Shown: positions 36,741 through 50,189, counted from the stretch's first letter. The stretch: 64,000 nucleotides of DNA from Felis catus (GCF_018350175.1 NC_058368.1:202308001-202372000), one strand, 5' to 3'. Notes: generated from the sequence alone by a model not told the origin. A program made the numbers and translations.

Positions 36741-36861
36741 TGTTTGGAAGTTCAGTTAAATGTTTGTTTTGTTTTTATTTAAATCAGTTTGCTTATCAGA
36801 AACTCAGATACTTGGCAGGTAAGGAGAAATGTAAAGTTTCCTACTATTAGAGAGTCAGTTT

Positions 36862-37000
36862 GTTATAGGGAAAAGCACATGTTTCCAGAAGTAAGGATAT
36901 CTGGGTTCAAGTCATGGCTCTTGTACAAACCATGGGCTATATTTGAGACTTCCAGGATCTGAGGTTGCTTCAGAATTAAAATAAAAGGTGGACTATGGAG
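36862..37000 (+). mobile_element. MIR fragment
   Basis: 'gggaaaagcacatg...ctgggttcaagtcatggctct'. Confidence 0.5.
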
Positions 37001-37745
37001 GATTCTGAGGTGAGTTTCAATATTTATTCATTTCTGTTAGAGCTAGAAGAAACACCCATACAAAATTCCTCTATCCAATAGTGATTGCCTAGAACACCCA
37101 CTAATTCACTTCAGATAGGGCAAACTAGCCTGGGCATCATAAAATTTTCAAGTAATCAACAATCGGTATTGAAGGTAGTTTGCAATAATTCTTTGGACTT
37201 TATCAGTGGATGTCCTGATATTTTCTTTTCTTTCGTTCCTTTCTTGTGGAGTTTGGCTCCATGTACGGGTAAAGTTTGTTCGCTGCCTTACCGGGGAAGC
37301 TAAACTCTTCTCTTAGATATGGTAGTGAGAAAAGTCCAGTTAACTTCTCATCTCTTTTCTTGTGTAAAATGAGGCTCTTCATCAGGAATCACAGTTGCCA
37401 ACTAATTCAGCTTGGCAGAAGATGTAAAGACACTCAAAACACAGTTGCAGCTAAAATTAAATTCAGCTGCTTACTCTAAAGACAGTTTTACCCTCAGACT
37501 TCTTTTGGTAGAGATTCATTTATTGAACTCTTGATGTATTTTCGTTCAGAGCATTCACCCATTCCAATTCCATTCTGTGTAACAGCACTTCCTAAGTGTT
37601 ACAGTTACAAAAAAAAAGATCGGAATCTGTTATAAAGCTTAAACTTCATTTGTAGTAACTTCCACAAGAGGTCTACCGATTCCATCTCTTTGATATATCA
37701 GATAAGAACGTGGAGAGCAAACAACTTTTTATTAAAATCACAAGG

Positions 37746-37915
37746 CGGGACACCTGGGTGGCCACCTTTGGCTCAGGTCATGATCTCACGGCTAGTAGCT
37801 TGGAGCCCCACATCGAGCTCTGTGCTGACACCTCAGTGCCTGGAACCTACTTCGGATTCTATGTCTCCCTCTCTCTCTGCCCCTCCCCTGCTCGCGTTCT
37901 TTCTCTCTCTCTCTG

Positions 37916-37954
<39 letters not shown>

Positions 37955-37971
37955 AATAAATAAATGTTAAA
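37746..37971 (+). mobile_element. Can-SINE with deletion in the A-box region
   Basis: 'cctgggtggc' runs directly into 'cacctttggctcaggtcatg'; perfect TSD aaaatcacaagg at 37734-37745 and 37972-37983. Confidence 0.94.
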
Positions 37972-38239
37972 AAAATCACAAGGAAGACTTACTTAAATAC
38001 GATATTTGAACCCCAGAAGGTCTGATTAAGTATGTTTCAGGTAGGATATGAGAATCCTTTTTTAAACAAGAGAAACAAGAAGGTGATCCACTTCTCAGTA
38101 TATAAGAGGATCTCTAATATTAACAAGAGTTGTTTTGTGTCTTCTTTGATTCCAAAATGAATCATCAAGTTCCATAGATGTCTGCTCTTTATAGATGTTC
38201 ATGCCCATTACTCTTTCTATTTCTTCTGGTGCAGTGGCA

Positions 38240-38680
38240 GAACAAATATTCAAAGCTCCTCACCATGACCTTTACAATAGCATCCTGAATCCTCTTGATA
38301 ATCTTGTCCTTCCAAAACATTCCATGTGTGATTTACTTCCTGTAAATGTGTCATGACACTTCTCCATTCAAATACATTTCAAATCCCTCTAATTTCCATG
38401 CAGTAAAGTTAAAAATTGTCATTCAAGTCACTTTACCCTGAACATTCAGTGTTATGCTGTAATACTCTCTTTGCCTGAAATGCCATTGTTTGTAATCCCT
38501 ACCTGACACAATCCTACTCTATCCTCCAATTTCTAATTCAGATATCAATCATCTTAATGCAGCCCTTTCCGGTCCCCTAAAGCATAAATAAAAACTTCCA
38601 CAGCATTTTATGTACATGTCTAGCATATATATTATAGGTAATAGACGCTCAATAAACATTTAATAAATAAAAAAATGATT
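38240..38680 (+). mobile_element. L2 3' portion
   Basis: 'ctctttgcctgaaatgcc', 'atcctactctatcctcc', 'atagacgctcaataaacattt'. Confidence 0.65.
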
Positions 38681-38744
38681 ACATGTTTAACTCCAGTTAT
38701 TATGACTCATTATCCTCTTATATCTTAGTCATTCAGCCATTTTT

Positions 38745-39285
38745 CATTTTTAAGTGTAATACTTTATGAGGAAAGCACACATAGAGAAAAACACACTAAA
38801 CATAAGAATGCAACTAGATGAATTTTCACAAAGTAACCAGAAGCCAAATTGGGAAACAGCACATGATCAGTAACCCAGAAGCAACCTCACGGCCCTCCCA
38901 TTCCTGTTTCCTGCCAAAGGCAACCATTATCTTGACTTCTGGCACTATATATTAAGTGGTCTATTTACCTGACATTAATGAAATCATACAGTATGTACTG
39001 TTTTGTATCTGGCTTCTATTGCTGACTATTGTGTTTGTGAAGTTCACCTATATTTTTGTATGTTAGCAATAGTTCTGTTCTAATTGTTACATAGTAATCC
39101 AGTATATGAAAATACCATGATTTATCTACTCTATTTGTATGGGCATTTGAATTGTTTCCAGTTTGGTACTGCTATATTTGTTATAATTTGATAATATTAC
39201 TATAAATGTTTTATACATGTCTATTGATAATCGTGTGCAAACATTCCTTTGAGCATATACCTAGGAGCAGAATTTCTGGGTCAAA
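38745..39285 (-). mobile_element. Old L1 (L1ME-type) 3' end
   Basis: 'gatgaattttcacaaagt', 'atcatacagtatgtactgttttgtatctggcttct', 'tatacctaggagcagaatttctgggtca'. Confidence 0.85.
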
Positions 39286-39377
39286 CACTGTTGATCTTTT
39301 TTTATAAATATTTCACCCATACATTGTATTCAACCTTACTTCCATTGAATTCAATATTTCAGGCTTAGGTAATTTCT

Positions 39378-39402
39378 TTTTTTTTTTTAACATTTATTTA
39401 TT

Positions 39403-39450
<48 letters not shown>

Positions 39451-39609
39451 TGAGCATGGGAGGGACAGATAAAGAGAGGGAGACACAGAATCCAAAGCAA
39501 GCTCCAGGCTCTAAACTGTCAGCACAGAGCCTGACACGGGGCTCAAGCTCATGAACTGTGAGATCATGACCTGAGAAGTCAGAGGCTATACCGGCTGAGC
39601 CACCCAGGC
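39378..39609 (-). mobile_element. Can-SINE
   Basis: TSD ttaggtaatttct at 39365-39377 and 39616-39628. Confidence 0.95.
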
Positions 39610-41152
39610 TCAAGTTTAGGTAATTTCTAATTGGGATTAGTAGAGTGGCCTCAGAACTGGTCTTCCTGCCTTTATCCATCACTACCATCCATTTTCCCCA
39701 ATCTTGGCAGAGCAATCTGTATAAAATACAATTTTCATCATGTCTTCAACTACCTGAAAACTTTTTACAGATACCCAGTAATTTATAGAAAAAAATGTAA
39801 GTTTTATTATGGCATACAATTTGATTTCTAATCTTGCCAGTGTTAATTTTTTGGCCTCATAACTTCCAATTCTTATTATTATAGCATTTCATTTCAGTAA
39901 TCTAAAATTTTATTACTTTTCTTTACTTCATTACATTAGCCACTCTTCTAATGTAGTCAACAAGGACTTGAGTGCAGAGGTGTTTTCTTTTTGATGATTT
40001 TAGGGAAATTCCTCTTAGCCTAGAGGTCACTCCTATTGAGTTCTGGCTTCATGTAGGCATTGGCTAACCCTTAGCTCATAAAAGATTTGTGATATTCTGT
40101 AAATTATTTAACAAATACTGTTGGAGATCCTATGCCTTCAGTTTGAATCATAGAAGGTTCTGGATGCTGTGTATACCCTTTACAAGTGGAACAATATTTA
40201 CTGATCAAGGGGTCCTGCTGGGCTGAGTCCCCAGGTGGGATTAAGTAGTACAGGCTATAGAGTTCCATGAAAGAAGCCTACCAAATAATTACTGGAAATC
40301 TTATTAAGAGGGTAGTGATTAGGGTTGAGTGATATAGGAGGCAACCAAAAATCTCTTGAATTTGTAGAACTTTTTCTCTATCTATAGGGCATTTTTTTCA
40401 GGAAGTGGGGGCTGGAAAACAAAGTCGTGATTATTCATGATAGAAAGATTGCTTGATGGTAAGCTAGAATATTGGCAGCAAGTGAATTGGGAAAATTGAT
40501 ACGAGCCAAGACTTGGAATTCATCTGTGCAGTGGAGAAACAGCAATTATTGTAGATTAAGTGGACCACTCCAGTGAGGGCAGTTAAGCCAGAAAGCAATA
40601 AGATAGCATAAATTCTGGCAAGCAGTTGGTCAAATTTAGGGTGCTAGAAAAAATAAAAAAGGGACCAAGTTAAAAGATAAGAGAACAAAGAGACATGGAC
40701 CCAGTCTAAAAATAGCTGGACAATAGGAATTCAGATGTAATCAATTTGAATAAGCAAATAGAATTTTGTATAAAGCTAACGGCTGAATAAGAATTTTCTC
40801 AGCCCATTCTCCTGCCGGGGAACTAACCTAATCTTTAAAAAAAAAAGAGAGGTTCTGAATCTGCAGATTAGGTAAACATAAAGAGCTGACTAGTTGATAG
40901 GTTATATAGTGAGATCTCAGAATCCCTGAGACATGTCTATAGCATAACTCCTGGTGGTCAAAGATACTCTTATTTCTCTTATTCTATAGGGTTGAATGCA
41001 AATTTTGATCTCTACAGTATTAGTCTTAGTTTTTTGCTTATTTTGTTTATGCGTGGTGTTGGAGAAGAAGCATAATATTACATTACTATAGTAACTGTTA
41101 CTGGATCATCAGGCTGCTAGAATATGGTCAAATCTGTAGGTCATTGATTGGT

Positions 41153-41342
41153 AAGTGTTTCTCTAACTCGGATACGAGAACCATATTGAATACTTATTAA
41201 AAGTCCAAAATTCTGAGCCCCTCTTCAATCTGATTGGCTTGAGAACCTCCAAATGGTGGAGGGGTAATAGCAACCTGGAAACTGCATTATAAAATAAGTA
41301 GTCCAGGTGATTCTTTTGTAACAAAATGTAGTAACTCTATTT
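41153..41342. mobile_element. MER5-type hAT element
   Basis: 'agtgtttctc', 'aaattctgagcccctc', 'cctggaaactgcatt...aataagtagtccaggtgattctt'. Confidence 0.6.
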
Positions 41343-41813
41343 AGACAGGGCAGACTTGAATGGGTTTAAACTAAATTCTTGGGAGGGATTGAGAAATTGT
41401 GGTCCTATGGGCCAGGAGAGATGACTGGTATACACATAACTTAAATCAGAAGAGCAAATTAAAAATCAAGGAAAAATAGGGTTGCGTGAAGAGATCTGGT
41501 CCAAGGTAATGGAGAGGATGTCAGTCAGGTAGAATCGTTTTCTGTGTTTTTCAACATGGGAATTTGGCTTGTAGGCTTCTCAATAATCGAGCATATTTTC
41601 AAGTTGGAACTCAGTTTAATGAAGTACTCTCACTCTTTGGTAATGTTTGTTCTTATGGGGCTAAAGAACCTTCCTAATTCCCTCAAGAGTTTAAGTATTC
41701 TCTTCATAGGGAAGACTGTGTCTACAGCCTGGGTTGGTACTTGAGAATATCTGTATTCCTCAGAATGACTATTTTGTTGTGGACTTAGTCTTCTGCTTCA
41801 TAGTTTGATTAAT

Positions 41814-41835
41814 TGTGTGTGTGTGTGTGTGTGTG
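41814..41835. repeat. (TG)n microsatellite
   Basis: Direct reading. Confidence 0.95.
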
Positions 41836-43238
41836 GTACATGTGTATTTCTAGTCACCCCCTTCCTTGTCCATAGTTATGGATCTTGTCTGGGTTATAGA
41901 CCTTGATGATAATATTCTGTATTAAAGTTTATTGATAGCAGTTGATATTTTTATAATGTTAAAAAATCACTTTTCCTAAAGATTTGTTGTATAATATGTA
42001 AAGAACAGATAAAGACCTTAAAGAAGGGATAATGTATCTTTTTTTTTCTTACAAGAAAACATCAGAGTGATTTTTCTAGTATCTGTCCATTTTCGCTATT
42101 CCCTTTAAATCTCTGAGGTTCTACTGTACTTTCTTTTCCATCTCCTCTTTCCTTCTATCAGATACTTTACAATATTTTATGTTATAAAAAATTCCTGTAT
42201 GTTTGTGTATGGGAAACAAAGATTTAATCAATTAATGGTTGATAAACCCTTAATGCCATTTTAACGAGAAAAGCATTAATTGTAATGCATTTAAAAAATT
42301 ACTCTGTTGTCAGGGGATATAAAGGTCAGTGTGCTTCTATAATTATTTCTGTTCCCATTATTTCAACCTCCCTCAAATTTTATTATATCAACTGCAGCTC
42401 ATCATAGGAGTTTCTAAGATGTTCACCTTTGAATAACTATTTTCAAGAATACAAGATAAAACTGGCTTCAACTTCTATTTTGCAAATGAAACAGTAGTTC
42501 CTATCAGTCACCACTGGGAGGTAGCACATGTATTGTGTTTTCCTTACATTTTTGTGTAAAGTTACGAACTAAGAGCTCGTAGTACCCAAAGTTAATGATA
42601 GTATTTTTATGATTCGCATGAAATTTGTGTTAAAATATGTAATTAGTAACTATGGCCCAATTGGTGAATAGCAGAAGCTAAACTATATAAACAACCAAAT
42701 GTCATCCATGCTGTGTTGGGAGGTCAGTGTTTTCCCCTGAGGAAAAGATACATAATGCTGAATACTTGACTATTTTGTCATCTGCATCACTTTATGAAAA
42801 ACTAAGTAACAGGAAGTCTTATGCTCAATTTGAGAATAGTTTACAAACAAAAATAGTTCTGGTTACATGCCTGAGTTAGAAAATAGCATTGAATATGGGA
42901 AGGTAATTTGTAGACCTGCACATATCACAATAGGAATATATCTCTGCTCTGCATAGATTTTTTTAATAGCCATTAAATTGTTACTGTTACTAAAATGTAT
43001 TCCTGGAAATTTGGACTTTACCACAGTAAGTCAATTTCCTCTTTAAAACATGCTATTTTGAGCTTCATTAATGTGAAAGTTAACCTCAGAGCATTAGAGG
43101 CTCATGCCATTAAAAGTGTCAAATATTTTTAATGTTAGTGAACTTTAAATATGTCAGATAGAAAACTTTTTTGCTCAAAGAATTTAGGGTTAAGTTTCGA
43201 CTAATGTTCCATTCTAATTCAGTTCTTTCTTAGTACTT

Positions 43239-43625
43239 TATTTAAGAGCCTCTTATGGTTTGCCTCCCTCTCTGTTTGAAACTATTTTTCTCCCTTCCCT
43301 TCCCCATGGTCTTCTGTTAAGTTTCTCAGATTCCACAGATGAGTGAAAACATGTGATATCTGTCTTTCTCTGACTGACTTATTTCACGTAGCATAATACC
43401 CTCCAGTTCCATCCACATTGTTGCAAATGGCCAGATTTCATTCTTTCTCCTTGCCAAGTAGTATTCCATTGTATATCTAAACCACAACTTCTTTATCCAT
43501 TTATCAGTTGATGGACATTGGGCTCTTTCCACAATTTGGCTGTTGTTGAAAGTGCTGCTATAAACATTGGAGTACATGTGCCCCTGTGAACCAGCACTCC
43601 TGTATCCTTCGGATAAATTTCTAGT
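43239..43625 (-). mobile_element. Felid L1 fragment lacking distal 3'UTR and poly(A)
   Basis: ORF 43326-43577 '...CPSTDKWIKKLWF...FSLICGI' is the ORF2 C-terminus; 3'UTR stops at 'tatttaagag'. Confidence 0.93.
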
Positions 43626-44689
43626 TAGCTACTATATTTCTATTGTGAATATTTATCTTGCACTTGTTATTATCCACATATGTAAACTCTGTGACTATTA
43701 TAATGAATCAACCTTTTGGAAAAACACTCTGGGATGCTGGTTTTTACTATATAATTTATCGTTATTTTAGGGCTTGCAAGACAGAGTAACAGAGTATTAT
43801 CATTTGTATTTAATCTGATGATTTCTCCTCTCATTATACAAATCTGTCTACAAAATTACCAGAGCATGCCCTCTTAGCTTTCCAGGTCAGACTGGGACAT
43901 GAATTCAAATACTTAAAGCCCAAACATATGATAACCAGAAATAGAGTAGAAGCTCTTTTAACCCACCGTCACATTACTTACTCCCTAGTTCATTTAGTCT
44001 CTTCCTTCCTCTGGGAATCAAAATGGACTGATGTTTCAGACAGAGTGAACATTCACAGCAAAGTGTTTGCCCATCAGTAAACCTGCAGCCTTTCATTCTA
44101 ATGTGTTGTTCTTATGCTTATCTAGTAGTCAGAGTTTAGTTTCCTATTATAGGGCCTCCTTCAGATAGTTAAAGCAGAAAAGTTACTTATCTAAAACATG
44201 AGATAGCCCAGGAAATCCAGAATCACAGACTCTGAGTCAGGATTCCCCCAACTTGTGAGGAGCTGGAAATGGAATAAGAGTAGAAATCTAGGCATGACCT
44301 CCATTCTCTTCTCACACCTGACTCCATCTTACCCAAGGGAGGCGTCATGAGTATTTGTGTGGATACCCCAGTTCACACTTTAAGCCTCTTGTGGCCTGGC
44401 AATAAAGAACTATTGTCAAGTTAGCCTTCAGGAGGAGTGGCCCAGCAAGAAACTTGAAAAGGACCAACAAAAAGCCGCTTTGACTAGGAAATGTTGAGGT
44501 TTTGATTTGTCAAGATACGTTCTAGAAGCACATGCTTTCAGGTAGATACTTCTCTTCCACATAGGGACTCCTTGTTTCATAGGGAGGGGCACAGCCAAAA
44601 CAATGATCCATTTGCTAAGGTCTAAAAGTGGCATTGCTTGTAAGCAATGCAGTCAGGCACACTGGGGCTATTGATGTTCAACGTTAATA

Positions 44690-44975
44690 ACTGGCAACCT
44701 CCTCTCAGAGCTTCTGTCACTGCTGCTGGAAATCGTCACCACCATTCTCATTAGAGAATCAATCCTTGTAGCTATAGTTTGTCCACAGAAAAAGAATCTC
44801 AGTAGTCTACCTCCTTCCTAATGTGTCCACATCTAAATTGCAAGGGAGCTTGACCAAGAAAGTTTCCAGCTTCTGCTTCAGAGAAGCCTAACTCAGAAAA
44901 TAGGAAATTCTCCAAATCTAGGAAGAATGTTCAATATTTCTGCATGGCCCCAAAGACAGACTTAATGTTCACAAG
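44690..44975 (-). mobile_element. Old MaLR LTR fragment
   Basis: 'cacatctaaattgcaagggagcttg...ccagcttctgc...ggaaattctccaaatctaggaagaatgttca'. Confidence 0.5.
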
Positions 44976-44984
44976 CCTTTGGGT

Positions 44985-45630
44985 TAACTGCTTTTCTTCT
45001 AAAGCAGTCTATGTTGATTGCACTTATGCAATTGCATAATTTAAACAAACATTATGTCAACCCACAAAAACATAAATAAAAAAGAAAATTATTTCTTTGG
45101 AAACTTTGTTGAATTGTTTGGAAAAACTTGATGAAGGTGAGTTGCTCTTAAAATACTATTAAATTAGGTGTGGGTGGAAAAAGTCATGAAACTCTAAAAA
45201 AGACTCTGCAGTGACGTCACTTTTCAGTGGTTTTAGGTTATGTCTTCATTTCACTTTATAGAAAGCAAAACTTGAAAACAACTGTAGATAGTCCATTATA
45301 GGCATAGATAATGAAGAAAAAACAAGTTACTTCAATTATTGGAGGCATATTTAAAGTAAAGATGTTGGCCCTACATACAAAAGTTATTAACAGAGTTTGT
45401 TAGCTGGTTTGAAAATTGGGGGGAAAAATCATGGTATTGAGTCCTAAGAGAAGTATCCATTTATCAACCTGACACTCAAAATCTTATAGACACATTGAAG
45501 TTGTCTATTATGTGAAAATAACTTCACAATGTAGTTAACTTATGATTTCTCACTTGAATTGACTTTTTTTTTTTTTTTTGATTCACCAACTGATTAATCC
45601 TGGTCTCTTTGGAAAAAATGGCTTCTCCAG
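44985..45630 (+). mobile_element. Tigger (Tc1/mariner-pogo) relic with decayed transposase N-terminus
   Basis: 45079-45387 translates with frameshifts and stops to KKKIISLETLLNCLEKLDEGE..LGVG..TVDSPL*A*IM..IIGGIFKVKMLALHTKV (CENP-B-type HTH pattern); terminus 'ggcttctccag' followed by TA at 45631. Confidence 0.75.
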
Positions 45631-46234
45631 TATATCCAGCCAATTAAAATTATGCCTGTAACTTGAATACTTGTGCTGGTTACTTTGTCTTGGATCTAAA
45701 TTAATTTCTTATAGATTCAGTTCTACCATAATTAAGAAAATAGGTGAAACAACAACCCCATATTATTTTTGCCAAATTTTCACAGACAAAGTGAAACGAA
45801 GACTAGGAATTATGAGGTGTAATTAATTAATTAAATTCTACTTTAAAGAGGAGAGAATTTAAGTTACTATTCCTATATAAAAGGCAACTGAAACAATTAT
45901 GTTGCTAATTATCTTTTCTTTTTTATCATGTTATACACTATCAGGATCTGTTATGCAATTTGTTTGCTTTTATATCTGCATATACCTTCTCAGTTAGCTG
46001 TTACTAAAAATTAATAAACATTTTGGATGTATTCTGCATTAAAAATGTAGCTTTTCTGGCATAATTATCTTACATTGTTTCCCTTGGTACTGTTAGTTCT
46101 GGTTTTAAATTGCCACTTCCAGTCCCTTATATTTACCTGGACTCATTTCTGATTTTTGCACTCTGTTGATGTCCTTAATTTGACTTAACCATCTTTGCTA
46201 AGAATTGGTGATGCTCTTGAGGTCTGCTCTTATA

Positions 46235-46449
46235 AATTTTTGTTTTCAACGTTTATTTATTTTTGGGACAGAGAGAGACAGAGCATGAACGGGGGAGGGG
46301 CAGAGAGAGAGGGAGACACAGAATCGGAAGCAGGCTCCAAGCTCAGAGCCATCAGCCCAGAGCCTGACGCGGGGCTCGAACTCCCGGACCGCGAGATCGT
46401 GACCTGGCTGAAGTCCGAGGCTTAACCGACTGCGCCACCCAGGCGCCCC
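46235..46449 (-). mobile_element. Young Felis-type Can-SINE
   Basis: Perfect 16-bp TSD gaggtctgctcttata at 46219-46234 and 46450-46465. Confidence 0.97.
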
Positions 46450-46821
46450 GAGGTCTGCTCTTATATAGAACTCTCACTTTGTCCTAATGACCAGATTCTG
46501 GGTTCTAGCTGAGTGCAATTTACATTCATAGCCATCCCCTGCTTTCTAGATCCTGCCTGGTTACAGTTTTTCCAGCTCTAGCTCTTTGTCTCTCCTTCAT
46601 GACTTGCTGAACCCAAATACTTCAAATTTTCAGGGAACTGAACTATGTCAAAATATAACTATTAATCCTCGTTGGTTCTGGTATCATTTATCTTTCCTTT
46701 CTGCTGCTCTGCTGTATTTATTTTTCCAATTTGTTTTTGTTCATCAGCCCATATTTCTGAAACAAATTGATTTTATCTTGTCATTTTTAAGCAGAGCTCT
46801 ATCCATTATACCTCAACATTT

Positions 46822-46915
46822 TTATCAGTCAGAATTGCATGCAGCTGCATATAACAACAACAACAGCAACAACAACAACAAAAACCCCAACAGCTAACAG
46901 TTGCTTAAATAATTA
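46822..46915 (-). mobile_element. Old MaLR LTR end containing (CAA)n; likely resumes at ~49240-49520
   Basis: 'tatcagtcagaattgcatgcagctgcatataaca...aacagttgcttaaataa'; distal part 'aagatggccac...ttccaagccagaagaa...tctcattggcc'. Confidence 0.55.
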
Positions 46916-48261
46916 GCCTAGTACTTTTGTCCATTTGGTGGTATGATAACCTCTGATTTTTGCCAATTTCCAGCATCTTCTTCGTTTCATGAAAAATACC
47001 CTTTCTGCCTATCAACATTAAAAAAGAAAACTTTGTTGGGGGTAGAATTGACATGCAATTAACCGGATAGATTTCAAGTAAGCGACTTAATAGGTTTAGA
47101 CCTATGTATACACACAGTCTTCACCGCAGTAAAAACAATTCACATACCCATTGCCCCTCAGAGTTCCCTTTTGTCCCTTTCTGTTCCCTTCCTCCTGATC
47201 TCCTCTATCCCCAGGGAGCTACTAATGTGCTCTCTGTAACTAAAAATTTGTTCTGATTTTATAGAATTTTATAAAAATGAAATTATACAATATATATTCT
47301 CTTTTGTATGGCTTTACTCAACATAACTATTTTGAGATTAATTCATGAGGTCATGTACATCAATAGTAAATTCCTTTTTATAACTGAATGATGTCTGATT
47401 TTATGAATATATTAACATTTGTTTATGAAGTCACCTGTTGATAGACTTTGGGTTACCTTCAGTTATGGATTATTACAAACAAGGCTACCATGAACATACG
47501 TATGAGAGGCTTTGTATGGACATATACTTTTTTTCTGAGGTGGCTGGGTCACATGGTAAATTATTTTTGTTAAGTTATTATTGTAGTTTACTTTATATAT
47601 TGTATCATGTATTTTATATTGCAATATGTCTTACAATATACAGTAAAATATACTGAAATATATTCATTATAAATATTAATGTTTCATGAAACTTCTGATC
47701 TGTTTTCCAAAGTGACTGTGCCAGTTTACATTTCTGCAAGCAGTGTGTGAGAATTTCAACTACTCCATATCCTCATTAACATGGTGGTATGGTCCATCTT
47801 TTTAATTGAAATCTAGTGGTATATCATTATGATTTAATTTGCTTTTACTTAATAACTAGCGATGTCGAACATCTTTCTATGTGCTCATCTGCCATCTTTG
47901 TATCTTCTTTGTTGAAGTGTCTGTTCAGATCTTTTACCCATTCTTTTGATTTATTTGTTTTCTTGAGCTTTGTATTCTGAATACAAGCCCTTAGATTTGT
48001 GACTTGGAAATATTTGCCCTCCTCATCTGTGGTCTATCTTTTCTTTCTCTTAACGGACTGGTTTGCATATTAGAAAATTTAAATATTAATTAAGTTAATT
48101 TTATCAGTTTATCTTTTATATATTATGCCTGTGGTCTCATATAAAAATTTTTTTTTTCTAACCCAAAGTCACACAGATTTTGTCCTATATTTTCTTTTAG
48201 AAAGTTTTAGTTTTAGGTTTTACATTTGCATCTCATGCATGTTGATTTTTTAAAAAATGAT

Positions 48262-48486
48262 GGGGTGCTTGGGTGACTCAGTTGGTTAAGTGTCTCATTT
48301 CGGCTCAGTCATGATCTCACAGTTCGTGGGTTCAATCCCTGCATCAAGCTCTGTGCTGACAGCTCAGAGCCAGGAGCCTGCTTCAGATTCTGTGGCTCCC
48401 TCTCTCTCTCTCTGCCCCTCTCCGGCTCATGCTCTGTCTCTGTCTCTCTCTCTCTCAGAAATAAATATTTAAAACAGTTTTAAAAA
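48262..48486 (+). mobile_element. Can-SINE nested in L1
   Basis: ggggtgcttgggtgactcag head, (CT)n, aataaa tail. Confidence 0.93.
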
Positions 48487-48549
48487 GTGTAACAACAGGT
48501 ATGGGTTGATATTCGTTTTCTTATGTGGATATCCACATTTTGGGGGTTG

Positions 48550-48745
48550 ATTTATTTTTTCAAGTTTATGTATTTGTTTTGAGACGGGGTGGTAGAAGGC
48601 AGAGAGAGAGAGAGAATCCCAAGAAGACTCCATGCTATCAGCACAGAGTTCTACATGGAGCTCAAAAATCACACACCATGAGATCACGACCTGAGTCAAA
48701 ATCAAGAGTTGGCAACTCAACTGATTGAGCCACCCAGGTGCCTCC
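48550..48745 (-). mobile_element. Can-SINE nested in L1
   Basis: Full structure; degenerate TSD ccacattttggggg / ccaaatttgggg. Confidence 0.92.
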
Positions 48746-50179
48746 AAATTTGGGGTTTTTTTAATTATATTTTTTCCATTTGGTGAGAAGACTATCCTTT
48801 TCTCACCGAATTACCTTTATGTCTTTTTTGAATCAATTGATCATGTACATGTGAGTCTTTATGCAGAATTGATTTCTTTTTCATTGATATGTATGTTAGT
48901 CTATCTTTATATCAATACCATACTATATTGGACTGAAATCTAATGGCTTGAAATCAAGTAGTGCTAGTTCTTTTTATTTTTCAAAGTTGTTTTGATGTTC
49001 TAAACTTTGCATTTCCATGTGAATTTTCACATCAATTTATCTACTTGCAAAAAAAAAAAAAAAAAAGACCTGAGATTTTTATTGGGATTTTTCATTGGGA
49101 TTGCATCTATAGACCAATTTGGAGAGAACAGGGATCTTAAAAATTATAGTGTTTTGATCCATGAATATGGCATATCTCTCCATTTATTTGTATCTTTTAA
49201 AATTTATCTGCTCAATATTGTGTACTGTACAGGTTTTATACAAAAAGATGGCCACTTTTCTTTTAAGCAGTGCATCTTTATTCCAAGCCAGAAGAATGAG
49301 GAAACTCTAAAAATCTCTTCAAGGCATTAGGCTTTATCTATTATTTATTTATTTTTGTAAGAAAGCTTTACCAAAGAACTTGAAGCTTCATCTCATTGGC
49401 CGAAATTATTCATATAGTAGAATGTAGTAGCAAGATAGTATGAAAGTATGCTTCCAGGCACTATAATGGAAGGTGTCAAGAGAAATGGGTATGGGAATGA
49501 TTCTCAAGTAGCTGATTCACAAAGATTTAAAATTAACTTCTGTCATTAGATTTTTCCAAAACTCCTAGCCATTTTACTCTATTTACTATGCTCTAGAATG
49601 GCATGAAGATTTTCATCTTGTATATAGAGGAAGAACTTCCCTTTCACATTGGGAATTTCAGGTTTCTAACCTTAAAATATTGGATCTGAAGTCGTAGCTT
49701 TTCCAGGATTAAATAATGTTATTGATATTCAGCCTGAATTTCATTATACATCGTTATCTAACTGTAAGTTTATTTCCTTTTTTGTAGAAAATATAGGTCT
49801 GTCTTATTATAGGAAGGATCCAAAGTATTTACGTGACCTATTGGTGTTAGTTTTGATAGTGGGATCCAATTGTCAAGGTCTCTAATAATACCAGAGTTTG
49901 GGATTAGATATCCTAGGACACCATTGAGCCATAGATAGAAGGTGGGAAGCAATACTCCTTAACCAAGGATAGTGTTTTTGCTCAAGCAACCAGCACATAT
50001 CTCGCCTGATATTTCCTCAGCGCTCTGTCACACAATGTGGGTAATACTGGAGACTGAAGCTGGGAAAAATGTTACATTTTGTGTTGAGAGCTTCCTGTTA
50101 CCATGTAAGTGTTGGTCAAAATTGTATACTTTGGAGGCAGGCTTGATGATCATTTTGGTCATCTTTCTGTAACTCTTTA

Positions 50180-50189
50180 GTTTTAATAT

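Larger units (their letters stand above)
47025..49230 (-). mobile_element. Old L1 (L1MB/L1MC-type) 3' ~2 kb, interrupted by two SINEs
   Basis: 'ttactcaacataactattttgagattaattcat', 'tgttttccaaagtgactgtgcc', 'ttgaagtgtctgttcagatctttt', 'ttgggattgcatctatagaccaatttggagagaa'. Confidence 0.88.
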
